Below are positions 31,785-41,623 of a DNA stretch of 64,000 nt, in pieces (within the stretch, counting starts at the first letter, position 1; each line of letters starts with the position of its first letter). Origin of the DNA: Candidatus Dormiibacterota bacterium. GTDB lineage: Bacteria; Chloroflexota; Dormibacteria; Aeolococcales; Aeolococcaceae. Under the pieces are notes generated by a model. The model saw only the letters and a program-made list of their open reading frames with translations. It had not been told where the DNA came from and did not search any database. The translations under genes were made by a program, and so were the position numbers. Location of the stretch: contig CAVZPR010000002.1 of NCBI GenBank assembly GCA_963777285.1, forward strand, positions 1,101,972-1,165,971. Reading direction: 5' to 3'.

Positions 31785-34610
31785 TCAGAGGACGCGCACC
31801 CGCGCGGGCGCGGCGGCGCCGATCACCTCGGCAGAGCCCGCACCGCCGAGGTCCACGACCGTCAGCTCACCGGCGGCGGCGGCGATCGCCACCTCGACCA
31901 CCGCCGGATCGCACGTGGTGAGGACGACCTGATTGGTTTCCGCCAGCTGATGCAAGAACTCGAGCAGCAGTGACCGTCGCGCCGGGTCCGCACTCGTCAC
32001 CGGCTCGTCGAGCAGCATCGGCATCGCTTCGCCGGAACCGCTGAGCACCTCCCCCAGGGCCACGCGCAGCAGCAGGGCCACCTGGTCGCGCGTGCCGTGC
32101 GACAGAAGCTCCAGCGGCAGCATGTCGGGGCGCTGCGTTCCCAGCAGCGACACGCCGAAATGCTCCGTGTCGACGTTCACTGCGGTGTACCGGCCGTCCG
32201 TCAGGATCGACAGGCGCCGGGCGACGCGCTCAGCCAGTTGCGGGGCGAGGTCGCGGTGCGTCATTCGAGAGGCGCGTTCCACCAGGTCGATCGCCATCTG
32301 CAGCGCCTGCAGCTGATGCATCGCCCGGTCGCGTGCCGCCTGGCACGCATCTCGTTCGTTTTCGAGGTTGGCCAGGTCCGGCGCCGTGTCCAGCAGCCCG
32401 GACAGCCGCGCCTGCAGCTCCCGGGCCATGGCCGAGCGCGACGCATATGCCTGGCGGGCGTGGCGCGCCTCGTCCTCGAGCTCCTGAAGCCTCCCCTCGT
32501 CCACCGCGGCGGGCGCGCCCGGGCCCGCGCCCCGTGCCCTGAGCTGCTCCTCGAGGGCGTTGCGCTTCTGCTGCAAGGACGCAGCGCTGCCCAGGACCGC
32601 CTGGCGATGGCCGAGCGCTGCCAGGCCGCGCAGGGCCGCGTCGTGACGGCGTCGCATCTCCGCAGCCTGCCGCACCGCGGCCACCGCGGCCGCAGCCGTC
32701 GGCTGCGGGGGCATCGCTCCTGCGGACACGATCTGAACGAGCCGGGCCTCCAGGCTCCTCACCTCGTCCCTGCAGCGCTCAGCCTCGGACTCCAGCGCCT
32801 CGTGCTCCAGCTCCCGGTTCGCGAGGCGCTCGTCCTCCGCCGCGAGCTCGTCGCGGCGGCTGCAGGCGTGCACCGCAGCAACCACGTCGGCCAGCGTCGC
32901 CTCGGCTGCGACCAGCAAGCCCTCGGTGGTGGCGGTGATTCGCGGTGCCTGGCCAAGCGCGCCGGCTGACGCCGCCAGCGCCTGGGCGCGCTGCAGCAGC
33001 CGCCCTGCGCTGCCATGCAGAAGGTCGGCTTGTGCCAGCTGCGCCGCCACCCTCGCCTCCTCGGCGATCAGCGCCGCGTGCAGCGCCTGGACCGACGGCA
33101 TCCGCGCCGCGGCGATCGCCACGGAGGTCACTCCCACCCCTGCCGCCTCTTCCAGCCGGGACAGCGTCCCGTACGCTTCCGCCGCACGGCGCCGCGAGCG
33201 GACCCACATCACCGCGCAACCGACGATCGCCAGCACGCAGAGCGCAAGCTCGGGCACCGCCAGCCGGGCGGCGTGGCGCGTCAGCAGGGCGACCGTGCCG
33301 AAGGCACCGCCGGCAGCGATCGCAGCGGCCGCGAGAAGCCAGCGACCCGGGCGCGGCCGTCGGCCCGCCGCGTCCGCCAGGTCTTGCAGGGCCGCCGCCC
33401 GCTGCGGCGGGATGGCGCCCAGTCCGGTCGAGGCGATCTCCCGCCTCAGCGCGGCCAGCCGGGCCTCGCTCGCACCCCGGGAGCCCGGCTCCGCAGCCGC
33501 TCGCCGGGCGGCGGCAAGCTCGCCCCGGAGTCGCTGCGCGGCGTCGCCCGTCCCCGCCGGCAGCTGCACCGGCGGGATCGCCTCGATCCCGGCAGCGATC
33601 TCAGCGCGCCGCCGCCGCACGAGCTCCATGTCCTCGCGGCCGGCGCCCACGCGCGCCGTCGCTTCAGCGGCGTTCAGCACAGCGTGGGTCAGCTGCCCGC
33701 CAAGCGACACCGCCCGTTCCTCGAGCTCGACTGGGAATCCGGCGGCCGCGGCCGTGATCTCGGCCTCCTGCGCGAGCGCGGCTGCCTCAGCCTCTCGCTC
33801 TGCAAGGAGCGCCTGCCGTCCCGCCACCAGAGCCAGGCTCGCCTGCAGCCAGGCGGTCTCCGCCGCCTCGGCGCGTCGCAGATCGATCACCGCTGCCGAC
33901 TCCAGCTCGCGGAGGCGCTCCTCCTCGCCGGCGATGGCGGCGAAGCGCTCCCGGGCCGCCGCGAGCTCGCGGTCCAGCTGCCGCAGACGGGCTAGGGCAA
34001 TGCCCAGCGGGCTGCCGCTGCGCCGCTCCGATCCCACCCGCTGGACCGCGTCGTGCAGCAGCGCCGTTGCCTGGGCGGCGGTGACGCCCCGGCGCGTGTC
34101 TGCCAGCCGCTCGATCGCCTCCTGGAGCCGGGGCGCGCGGGCAGCGGCGGCTTCGGGCGCGCCCAGGCGGAGCGCCTCGTCGCCCAGCCACCCGGTCGCG
34201 CAGAAGACCGCCTCGTCGACGCCGAGGTGGAACTCCCCAGGGCACACCGTGCGGCCGCGACGCAGCTCGTCCGTCAGGTCCGAGCCTCCCAGCTCGAGCA
34301 CCTGCACCTGCTGGTCGCGGGTATCCAGGCGGCGGGCGGCGCGGATGCGGCGACCGTCGTCGAGCACGTAGGTCAACGCGAGCCCGTAAGCTCCCGGCGA
34401 CCAGGGCGTCCAGCGCGCCCATTCGCTGCGCTCCACCGGCCGGCCCGGTCCCCCGGAGTCGATGCCGTACAGCGCGGCCCGAATCGCGCGATGCAGCGTC
34501 GATTTCCCGGATTCGTTGTCGCCCACGACGACGGTGAGGCGGGGATGGAAGCTGACCGTGAGGTCGCTCAGGCAGCCGAAGCCGGTGACGTCGAGCCGCT
34601 CGAGCCTCAC
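31785..34610 (-). CDS. sbcC: SbcC/Rad50-like SMC-type ATPase (941 aa)
   Basis: It has the N-terminal MRLERLDVTGFGCLSDLTV..VVVGDNESGKSTL (Walker A), a long Ala/Arg/Glu-rich coiled coil and the C-terminal ..MLLDEPVTSADP.. (Walker B/D-loop). It is in an operon after the SbcD-like gene. A mid-molecule hydrophobic hairpin is described in the findings. Confidence 0.85.
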   Translation of the reverse strand: MRLERLDVTGFGCLSDLTVSFHPRLTVVVGDNESGKSTLHRAIRAALYGIDSGGPGRPVERSEWARWTPWSPGAYGLALTYVLDDGRRIRAARRLDTRDQQVQVLELGGSDLTDELRRGRTVCPGEFHLGVDEAVFCATGWLGDEALRLGAPEAAAARAPRLQEAIERLADTRRGVTAAQATALLHDAVQRVGSERRSGSPLGIALARLRQLDRELAAARERFAAIAGEEERLRELESAAVIDLRRAEAAETAWLQASLALVAGRQALLAEREAEAAALAQEAEITAAAAGFPVELEERAVSLGGQLTHAVLNAAEATARVGAGREDMELVRRRRAEIAAGIEAIPPVQLPAGTGDAAQRLRGELAAARRAAAEPGSRGASEARLAALRREIASTGLGAIPPQRAAALQDLADAAGRRPRPGRWLLAAAAIAAGGAFGTVALLTRHAARLAVPELALCVLAIVGCAVMWVRSRRRAAEAYGTLSRLEEAAGVGVTSVAIAAARMPSVQALHAALIAEEARVAAQLAQADLLHGSAGRLLQRAQALAASAGALGQAPRITATTEGLLVAAEATLADVVAAVHACSRRDELAAEDERLANRELEHEALESEAERCRDEVRSLEARLVQIVSAGAMPPQPTAAAAVAAVRQAAEMRRRHDAALRGLAALGHRQAVLGSAASLQQKRNALEEQLRARGAGPGAPAAVDEGRLQELEDEARHARQAYASRSAMARELQARLSGLLDTAPDLANLENERDACQAARDRAMHQLQALQMAIDLVERASRMTHRDLAPQLAERVARRLSILTDGRYTAVNVDTEHFGVSLLGTQRPDMLPLELLSHGTRDQVALLLRVALGEVLSGSGEAMPMLLDEPVTSADPARRSLLLEFLHQLAETNQVVLTTCDPAVVEVAIAAAAGELTVVDLGGAGSAEVIGAAAPARVRVL

Positions 34611-35758
34611 CGCAACCCGACCTCGACGCCCGACAGCGCCATGAGTCCGTAGCGCAGAGCGTCCGCGGCTCGCGCCGCGTCCGAGGGGTCGCCGGCGGCG
34701 TCGATCGCGTCTTGGGCCGCACGGACGAAGGCCCCCCTGGCCGACTGCTCAGCCGCGATCGCAGCGAGGTCAAGCGCCGGCACCGTTGCGTCCCGCACAC
34801 GCAGGTGCGCCGCGCCGCAGCGGTCCCGGGCGGCGCTCTCCAGGCTCAGGACGTCGAGCGGCACTGAGCTGTCGACGGGGCCGTCGAGATCCACGCGCAC
34901 CATCGCCCGCTCGGGGTCGACGTCACGAAGGGCCGCCCGTGCCGCATACACCACGGCGTCGAGCACGTCTGCACCCGACCCCGCGCCCTCCAGCTGGCAT
35001 GCGGCCGAGACCATCCACCACCGGTTGAGCGACAGCGGCGAGAACGTGAGCGTGCCTGCGGCTCCAACCTCGACCAGAACAGGTCCGCGGGCGCCGGCCT
35101 CGTCGAACCCCAGGGGCTCGGGGCTCCCCGGATACACGAGGCCTGCGTCCGCATCGACGCGACGGCGATGAAAGTGCCCGCAGAGCGCTGCGTCGAAGCC
35201 GGCGCTGCGGATCTCGGCGGCGTGGAACGGTCCGTGAGCCGGTTTGCCGTCGGGCAGGCTGCCCAGCTCGCTGCCGTGGAAAAGCGCCACGTGCGTCCGG
35301 CTGTCCGCCGGCGCTGACGCGCCGGCGAGTGGGTTTCCTCGCCAGGCGGGTTCACGATGCGCCAGCCCCCAGATGACCAGTCCCTCGGCCATCTCGAACG
35401 GCTCGAGGTGCGGCTCCGCGAACACGTGCACGTTCTCCGGCCACGGCGCCCTGCGGTACAGCGAGCCGGGGAGCAGAGCGTCGTGGTTCCCCGGCGCCAG
35501 CAACACCGTCATCGGCTGCCACGACTGGAACGTCGCCACCAGGAACCGCTCGGTGTCGATGCCGGCGCGCTCGTGCTCGTACAGATCGCCGGCGATGGTC
35601 ACGGCATCGCACCCATGCTGCCGTGCGGCATCGCCGGCGGCTCGGAGAGCATCGCGCAGGCCCTGGCGGCGGCGGCGTGCCAGATCTCCCTGGCAGCCCA
35701 GGCCGGCGAAGGACCTGTCCAGGTGCACGTCGGCGAGGTGGAGCAGTCGGTGCGTCAT
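34607..35758 (-). CDS. sbcD: SbcD/Mre11-like metallophosphoesterase nuclease
   Basis: It has MTHRLLHLADVHLDRSF, ..VTIAGDLYE.., ..LLAPGNHD.. and ..GHFH.. (calcineurin-like phosphoesterase motifs). It overlaps the sbcC-like start by 4 nt. Confidence 0.85.
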   Translation of the reverse strand: MTHRLLHLADVHLDRSFAGLGCQGDLARRRRQGLRDALRAAGDAARQHGCDAVTIAGDLYEHERAGIDTERFLVATFQSWQPMTVLLAPGNHDALLPGSLYRRAPWPENVHVFAEPHLEPFEMAEGLVIWGLAHREPAWRGNPLAGASAPADSRTHVALFHGSELGSLPDGKPAHGPFHAAEIRSAGFDAALCGHFHRRRVDADAGLVYPGSPEPLGFDEAGARGPVLVEVGAAGTLTFSPLSLNRWWMVSAACQLEGAGSGADVLDAVVYAARAALRDVDPERAMVRVDLDGPVDSSVPLDVLSLESAARDRCGAAHLRVRDATVPALDLAAIAAEQSARGAFVRAAQDAIDAAGDPSDAARAADALRYGLMALSGVEVGLR

Positions 35759-35910
35759 GTGCGAGGGCGGCTCCGCAGCGTTCGAGGCGAACGTCAGTTC
35801 GCCAGCCTAGCAGGAAGGCTCCGGGTTTGCGATAATTCGGCGGGCTTGGGTGCGCTCGCTGCGCTTGATGCGTTCTGGCGCGATAGGGGAGGGGATCCCC
35901 GGGGGACACT

Positions 35911-37536
35911 TTGCAGACACGAGCGGGTCATCCCCGCCGCTATGGCGCCGCGGCCGGCGCCATCGTGGTCATGGCGGCGCTGGCTCGCGTCCTCACGCTT
36001 CCGCTCCCGGCCGGCACTCGGGCCGTCGAGGCGGTGTTGTGCCTCGCCGTGGCTGCTTTCGTCGTCGCCGGTCTCCGGGCCCATCGAGTGCGCGGGAGCG
36101 GCGGAGTTGTCCTGCTGGTCCTCTACGCGCTGGCGCCGGCGCTGCTGGCGAGCCTGGCGCTTCGGCTGGCTGCCGCGGTCATGCCGGACTACCCCATGTT
36201 CGCCGTGCTGGTCTACGCGGCGATCCTGGTCAGCATCGACGTCACCGCGTCGCGGCCGGCGGTCCTGGCGGCCGGCGCCGTGGTCGTCGCCGTCTTCGCC
36301 CAGCTATGGGTGTCGACCGTCGCTCTCGATTCGGCGGAGGTCGGTTCGCTGCTCGTCGCCGCTGCGCTGCTCCTTGGTGTGCTCGTCGTCGCCGTGGCCC
36401 ACGGCGAGCGCCTGCGCCGCCGGCTGGGGGTCGAGGCCGTTCGCGGTCAGGTGTACGCGGCCGTGGCGCGGCACCTGGGTACTGAGCGCGACGTCGCGTC
36501 GGTGGTGACGGCCGTGCTTCGGGCCTGCGCCGAGATGTTTCCGGAGACGACGTTCGGTGCCGTGATGCTGCTCGACGACGCCGACGGGCTCCTCAAGAGC
36601 CCCGCGCCGCTGCTCGGCCCCGACGGGGTTGGCGGGGATCCCGCCGCACCGGCGCTCGAGCTGCAGCCCGGCGAGGGACTCGCGGGGCAGGTCGTCGCCG
36701 CCGGGCGGGCCCAGGTGTGGTCCACGGCGCTCGAGGTTTCCACCACGGAGGCTACGCTGCGTGAGGCGAACCGCGACCGCCGCCGCGGCGCAGGCCATGG
36801 CTTCGCCCGATGCGCCGTCGGAGCCCCGCTGGAGTCGCCTGGGGCTGAGGTGTTCGGCTGCATCCTGCTCAGCTCGGATCGACGCGAGGGGGTCTGGTCG
36901 AGCGCCGACCTGCCGGTGGTGGAGGCGGTCGCCGCGGAGGCGTCGCGGGCCGTGGAGCGGGCGCGCCGCCACGAGGCGGACGTCGACCAGGCGCTGCTGG
37001 ACAGCGTCACCGGTCTCGTCAGCCACCGCCGGCTGCTTGCGGTGGTGGACAAGGAGGTGGCGCGCGCCGACCGCGCCGGCTCGACCGTGGCGATCATCTT
37101 CTCGGACCTCGACGATTTCAAGGAGATCAACGACGCGTGGGGCCACGACGCAGGCAACCGCGTGCTGGTGATGTTCGCGGACGTGCTCCGCGCCGCCCTG
37201 CGTCGCGAGGACACGGCCGCTCGCTACGGCGGCGACGAGTTCGTGTGCGTGCTGCCCGGCGCCGACCGGGAGCAGGCCGAGGCGGTCGCGGAACGCATCC
37301 GGCAGCACTTCGCCGACGCCGCCGGCGACGACCCAGTGGTGGGGACGTCCAGGGCCTCGGTGTCGCACGGCATCGCCGTGTACCCGGTCGACGCCGGCAG
37401 CGCCGCCAGCGCGATCACCGCTGCCGACAAGGAGTTGATCGCGGCCAAGCAGCTGCGGGCGCGCTCGCTCACAGGACGGCGGGCGAGGCCGCGGACCCGT
37501 CAGCCTCGAGCCTCGAAACCGCTTGACGCGCCCTGA
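35911..37536 (+). CDS. membrane-bound GAF-GGDEF diguanylate cyclase
   Basis: It has ~5 N-terminal TM segments, a central GAF-like region, and a C-terminal ..IIFSDLDDFKEINDAWGHDAGNRVL..ARYGGDEFVCVLPG.. with an intact GGDEF motif. Confidence 0.85.
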   Translation: MQTRAGHPRRYGAAAGAIVVMAALARVLTLPLPAGTRAVEAVLCLAVAAFVVAGLRAHRVRGSGGVVLLVLYALAPALLASLALRLAAAVMPDYPMFAVLVYAAILVSIDVTASRPAVLAAGAVVVAVFAQLWVSTVALDSAEVGSLLVAAALLLGVLVVAVAHGERLRRRLGVEAVRGQVYAAVARHLGTERDVASVVTAVLRACAEMFPETTFGAVMLLDDADGLLKSPAPLLGPDGVGGDPAAPALELQPGEGLAGQVVAAGRAQVWSTALEVSTTEATLREANRDRRRGAGHGFARCAVGAPLESPGAEVFGCILLSSDRREGVWSSADLPVVEAVAAEASRAVERARRHEADVDQALLDSVTGLVSHRRLLAVVDKEVARADRAGSTVAIIFSDLDDFKEINDAWGHDAGNRVLVMFADVLRAALRREDTAARYGGDEFVCVLPGADREQAEAVAERIRQHFADAAGDDPVVGTSRASVSHGIAVYPVDAGSAASAITAADKELIAAKQLRARSLTGRRARPRTRQPRASKPLDAP

Positions 37537-37565
37537 GAACTCTTTTTTACAATCGAATCATTCGA
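37523..37565 (+). promoter_or_regulatory. putative marR promoter plus palindromic operator
   Basis: It has TTGACG (37523-37528), a 19-nt spacer and TACAAT (37548-37553). A perfect 13-bp palindrome TCGAATCATTCGA (37553-37565) overlaps the -10 element. GGAGGA lies 4 nt before the marR GTG at 37590. Confidence 0.35.
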
Positions 37566-37589
37566 CCAACGAAGATACGTGGAGGAAAC

Positions 37590-38093
37590 GTGCCCGCACG
37601 CATCGCAGGAGTCACCGCTCGGCGCGAGGATCTGGCCGACCGGTTCATCGCGATGGTGCCGGCGTTGAAGCAGCGATTCCAGGCGAGCCTCCCGGCCGAC
37701 CTCAGCGACGAGCTGTGCAACGTGACTCCGCACCAGATGGAGGCGCTGCACTACCTGCATCGCCCGCGGCGCGGGCCCGCCGCCGGCGGGGGCATCACCA
37801 TGCACGAGCTGGCTCGGCTGCAGCACTGCGGGTTGAGCAGCGCGACGGCGCTCGCGGACCGGCTCATCAAGCAGGGTCTCGCCGAGCGTCTCTCCGACGA
37901 GGCCGACAGGCGCGTGGTCCGCATCGCCCCAACCGCGCGGGGCGCCGCCCTCACCGCCCGCTTCGCCCAGGTGCGCCGTCAGGTTGCGCTCGAGGCTCTG
38001 GAAGCGCTGACCGATGCGGAGATCGAGACGCTCACGGGCCTGCTTCACAAGGTCGCGCACGGCGGCGCCGCGGGCGAGGAGGCAATCGCGTGA
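37590..38093 (+). CDS. MarR-family transcriptional regulator
   Basis: It has a winged-HTH region ..ITMHELARLQHCGLSSATALADRLIKQGLAERLSDEADRRVVRIAPTARG... Its stop overlaps the MFS start (GTGA). Confidence 0.85.
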   Translation: MPARIAGVTARREDLADRFIAMVPALKQRFQASLPADLSDELCNVTPHQMEALHYLHRPRRGPAAGGGITMHELARLQHCGLSSATALADRLIKQGLAERLSDEADRRVVRIAPTARGAALTARFAQVRRQVALEALEALTDAEIETLTGLLHKVAHGGAAGEEAIA

Positions 38094-39922
38094 CCGAGCT
38101 GCTGACGCGCGAGGACGTCGGCGCCGTCTTGCCGGCCGACGACGAGGTCTCGATCGCACCGCCGCGGGTCGGACGCTTCGACTACAAGTGGGTCGCGCTG
38201 GGGGTGGTGCTGTGCGGCACCATCATGACGATTCTTGACGCGACCATCGTCAACATCGCCATCCCCACGCTGCAGACCGATCTGCATGCCACGTCATACA
38301 GCGACATCGCCTGGGTCGTGACCGGATACATGCTCGCGCAGGGCGCAGTCATACCGATGACGGGCTGGGCGACCGACCGTTTTGGCACGAAACGTCTCTA
38401 TCTCCTGACGATCACGCTGTTCACGCTGGCGTCGATGGCGTGCGGATTGGCGCAGAACCTGGGCGAGCTCATCCTGTTCCGTGTGCTGCAGGGCATCGGC
38501 GGCGGAATGCTCATGCCGATCGGTATGACGATCATCCTCAAGGCGGTGGGGCCGCAGAACATGGGCAAGGTGATGGGCATCTTCGGCGTCCCCATGCTCC
38601 TGGCGCCTGCGCTCGGCCCTGTGCTGGGCGGCTGGTTCGTGCAGGACTTCACATGGCGGCTGATCTTCTACGTCAACGTTCCCATCGGGATCCTGGCCTT
38701 CTTCGCGGCGTCGCGCTTCCTCGTGGAGACGCACAGGACGCACGGCCTGCGCCTGGACGCCTTCGGGCTGCTCACGGCGACGCCCGCGGTGGTCGCCGTC
38801 ATGTACGCCGTCGACCAGAGCACCTCGAAGGGCTGGTCCTCGGCGATCGTCATCAGCCTCCTCGTCACCGCTGCGATCCTCTTCACCGCGTTCGTGGCCA
38901 GCCAGCTCGGCCGTCACCGCGCCGCGACCTGGCTCATGCTGCCGCTCTTCGTGGCAGGCGTGATCATGGGCGTACGCGCGGGTGCTGTCGACGGATGGAC
39001 GAGTCTCACAGCGCTCGTCATGTTCGCCACGGCGCTCATCGCGCTCATCAACGTCCCCATGGGGATGCGCGCCTCGGTGGAACCGCTGCTGCATCTGCGC
39101 CTCTTCCGCGACGGCACGTTCTCCTGGGCGATGGTGCTGAGCTTCATCATCGTCACGGCATTGTTCGGCGGCATGCTGCTGCTCCCGCTCTACCTGCAGG
39201 AGATACACGGCTACAACGCGCTACAGACCGGTTTGCTGCTGCTGCCGCAGGCGGTGACGGCGGCGATCGCGATGCCCGTGGGCGGCGCGCTCAGCGACCG
39301 CATCGGGCCGCGTCCCGTGGTGATCGCCGGCATCGTCCTGTTGGCCGCGGGCGGCGTGGTGCTGGCGCAGATCCACACGGATTCGTCGATCTGGTTGGTG
39401 GTAAGCGCGCTGCTCCTGCGCGGCTTCGCCATGGGCTTCTGCATGATGCCGAGCATGGCCGCGGCCATGGCGCGCGTGCCACCGCAGTTCACGTCGCGCG
39501 CGTCCAGCATCACCAACAGCCTGCAGCGCGTGGGTTCGTCGATCGGCATCGCCGTGCTGGTGACGATCCTCGTGGCGCAGGTGAGCACTGCTGCCAAGCA
39601 GACGCAGTGCGCTCCGTCGCCAGAGGTGGTCACGGCCGCGTCCAGTGTGTTCCATCGCGACGTCACCGCTCCGCAGCTGTGCACGCTGCTGCGGTCGGAG
39701 GTCTCGGGCTCGCAGCTTCAGGGTGGAACGGGCTCGGCTCCACGCAGCACGGGCAATGCCACGCTCGACTCCTTCGTGCACGGCTACGCGGGAGGCGTGC
39801 TCAGCGACTCCTTCGACCGCACCTTCGCGTTCGTCGCCATGCTCACAATCGTCGGCGTCATCCCCGCGCTCTTCCTGCGCAAACCCGAGCGCCGCCCCGG
39901 CCGCATGCGCGCGGCCGCCTGA
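38090..39922 (+). CDS. MFS drug:H+ antiporter, DHA2 (EmrB/QacA, 14-TM) type
   Basis: GTG 38090; the 799-aa ORF from 37523 overlaps marR and is rejected. It has ..WVALGVVLCGTIMTILDATIVNIAIPTLQTDL.. and ..ATDRFGTKRLYL.. (motif A). Confidence 0.9.
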   Translation: MTELLTREDVGAVLPADDEVSIAPPRVGRFDYKWVALGVVLCGTIMTILDATIVNIAIPTLQTDLHATSYSDIAWVVTGYMLAQGAVIPMTGWATDRFGTKRLYLLTITLFTLASMACGLAQNLGELILFRVLQGIGGGMLMPIGMTIILKAVGPQNMGKVMGIFGVPMLLAPALGPVLGGWFVQDFTWRLIFYVNVPIGILAFFAASRFLVETHRTHGLRLDAFGLLTATPAVVAVMYAVDQSTSKGWSSAIVISLLVTAAILFTAFVASQLGRHRAATWLMLPLFVAGVIMGVRAGAVDGWTSLTALVMFATALIALINVPMGMRASVEPLLHLRLFRDGTFSWAMVLSFIIVTALFGGMLLLPLYLQEIHGYNALQTGLLLLPQAVTAAIAMPVGGALSDRIGPRPVVIAGIVLLAAGGVVLAQIHTDSSIWLVVSALLLRGFAMGFCMMPSMAAAMARVPPQFTSRASSITNSLQRVGSSIGIAVLVTILVAQVSTAAKQTQCAPSPEVVTAASSVFHRDVTAPQLCTLLRSEVSGSQLQGGTGSAPRSTGNATLDSFVHGYAGGVLSDSFDRTFAFVAMLTIVGVIPALFLRKPERRPGRMRAAA

Positions 39923-39932
39923 CGAGCTCGCC

Positions 39933-40751
39933 TCAGCCGCCTGCCTCGCGGTAGCGGCGGGCGCGCTCTCGCAGCAGCTGTTCCCTCGGCGCGCGCTCCA
40001 GCTCGTCGAGGTGCCGCAGCAGCGCACCACGGATGGCGGCGATGACCACAGCAGGATGCGCGTGCGCACCCGGGTCGGGTTCGGGGATCAGCTCGTCGAC
40101 CAGCCCGACGTCCTGCGCGGTGGCGACCCCCGGGCGCAACGCGGCGGCGGCACGCGCACGCTGCCCCGCGTCGCGGTACAGGATCGCCGCGCACGTCTCC
40201 GGCGGGGCCACGGTGTAGACGGCGTTCTCCAGGGCGAGGACGCGGTCCGCGACCGCCAGCGCGAGCGCCCCGCCCGACCCGCCTTCGCTGAGCACCACGC
40301 TCAGCGTCGGCACGCGAAGCCCGAGCATGCAGAGCAGCGATCCGGCGATCGCCCACGCCTGCCCGCGCTCCTCGGCGCCGATCCCCGCGTGCGCGGCGGG
40401 CGTGTCGACCAGGCAGATCACCGGAAGCTCGAACTTCTCCGCCTGCCGCATCAGCCGCTGCGCCTTGCGATACCCCTCGGGATGCGGCATCCCGAAGTTG
40501 TGCACCGCGCGCGTCATGGGGTCGGTTCCCTTCTCCTGGCCGATGACCATGACGCTGCGGCCGGCCAGACGCGCCGGTCCGCCGACCACCGCGCGGTCGT
40601 CCCCGAACAGCCGGTCGCCGCGGAGCTCCGTCCATTCGTCGAAGGCTCCCGCGATCACCTGCAGCGCACGAGGCCGCTCGGGGTGGCGCGCCCGCTCCAC
40701 AGCCGCGAATGCCGCCTGCTCGCGCTCGAAGGTCTCGGTGGTCGCGGTCAT
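39933..40751 (-). CDS. accA: acetyl-CoA carboxylase carboxyltransferase alpha subunit
   Basis: It has ..RHPERPRAL.., ..FGMPHPEGYRKAQRLMRQAEKFELPVICLVDTPAAHAGIGAEERGQA.. and ..GEGGSGGALA-like SEGGSGGALALAV... Confidence 0.9.
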   Translation of the reverse strand: MTATTETFEREQAAFAAVERARHPERPRALQVIAGAFDEWTELRGDRLFGDDRAVVGGPARLAGRSVMVIGQEKGTDPMTRAVHNFGMPHPEGYRKAQRLMRQAEKFELPVICLVDTPAAHAGIGAEERGQAWAIAGSLLCMLGLRVPTLSVVLSEGGSGGALALAVADRVLALENAVYTVAPPETCAAILYRDAGQRARAAAALRPGVATAQDVGLVDELIPEPDPGAHAHPAVVIAAIRGALLRHLDELERAPREQLLRERARRYREAGG

Positions 40752-41623
40752 CGCTCTCGCGTGTACACGTCGAGCAACGTCGCGACCGTGTCCCGCAGCG
40801 CACGACGGTCCACCACAGCGTCGAGCATCCCGTGCGCCAGGAGGAACTCGGCGGTCTGGAAGCCGTCGGGGAGGCGGTCGTGCGTCGCCTGCTCGATGAC
40901 ACGTCCGCCCGCGAATCCGATTCGCGCACCCGGCTCAGCCAGGATCACGTCCGCTTGCGAGGCGAACGACGCGGTGACACCGCCGAAGCACGGGTCGCCG
41001 AGGATTGAGATGTAGGGAAGGCGCGCCTCGCCGACGGATCTCACGCCCACGGAGCACCGCGCCATCTGCGCCAGTGAGGCGATCCCTTCCTGCATCCGGG
41101 CGCCGCCGGAGATGCAGACCGCGACCAGTGCGCGCCGCTCCGCGACCGCGAGCTCGCAGCCGCGGGCGAAGGTCTCGCCGGCGACGCTGCCCAGGGAGCC
41201 GCCCAGGAAGTGAAAGTCCATGGACGCGATGACCACCGCGACGCCCCCGATCGCGGCCGACGCCACCTCGAAGGCGTCGTCCAGCCCGGTGCGCTCGCGC
41301 GCCGCTGCCAGGCGCTCCGGGTAGGGGACGCCATCGTCGAACTGCAGGGGGTCGCGCTCGCCCACCTGGGGGCGCATCGCCGCGACGCTGCCCGGATCCG
41401 CGAGCTGCTGGATGCGCCGCCGTGCGTCGACCCGAGCGTGGTGGCCGCACTCGCCGCACACGCGGAGATCCGCCTCGTAACGCTCCACCACGAACCGGCG
41501 CCCGCACGACGGGCAGGACACCGTCCCAGCCTGCGCGACCGGCCGAAGCTGCGGCCCCGGCGCCTGCAGCCGCCGCTCCGGGGGCCGCCGCCGCGCCGTC
41601 ACCGGGGCGGCGAGCTGGTCCAC
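40748..41623 (-). CDS. accD: acetyl-CoA carboxylase carboxyltransferase beta subunit
   Basis: It has an N-terminal zinc ribbon CPSCGRRF..CGECGHH, ..ASMDFHFLGGSLGSVAGE.. and ..SGGARMQEG... It overlaps the accA start by 4 nt. Confidence 0.9.
   Translation of the reverse strand: MDQLAAPVTARRRPPERRLQAPGPQLRPVAQAGTVSCPSCGRRFVVERYEADLRVCGECGHHARVDARRRIQQLADPGSVAAMRPQVGERDPLQFDDGVPYPERLAAARERTGLDDAFEVASAAIGGVAVVIASMDFHFLGGSLGSVAGETFARGCELAVAERRALVAVCISGGARMQEGIASLAQMARCSVGVRSVGEARLPYISILGDPCFGGVTASFASQADVILAEPGARIGFAGGRVIEQATHDRLPDGFQTAEFLLAHGMLDAVVDRRALRDTVATLLDVYTRER

Noticed and set aside
32926-34371. 481-aa plus-strand ORF and other long ORFs antisense to the SbcC-like gene
   Set aside because: It is an Ala/Ser/Arg low-complexity reading of the coiled-coil-encoding region. 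The minus-strand frame has Walker A and B motifs and an operon partner.
37523-38089. N-terminal 189 codons of the 799-aa ORF 37523-39922
   Set aside because: This part overlaps marR in another frame and is Arg/Gly-rich. The MFS homology begins at GTG 38090, which overlaps the marR stop.
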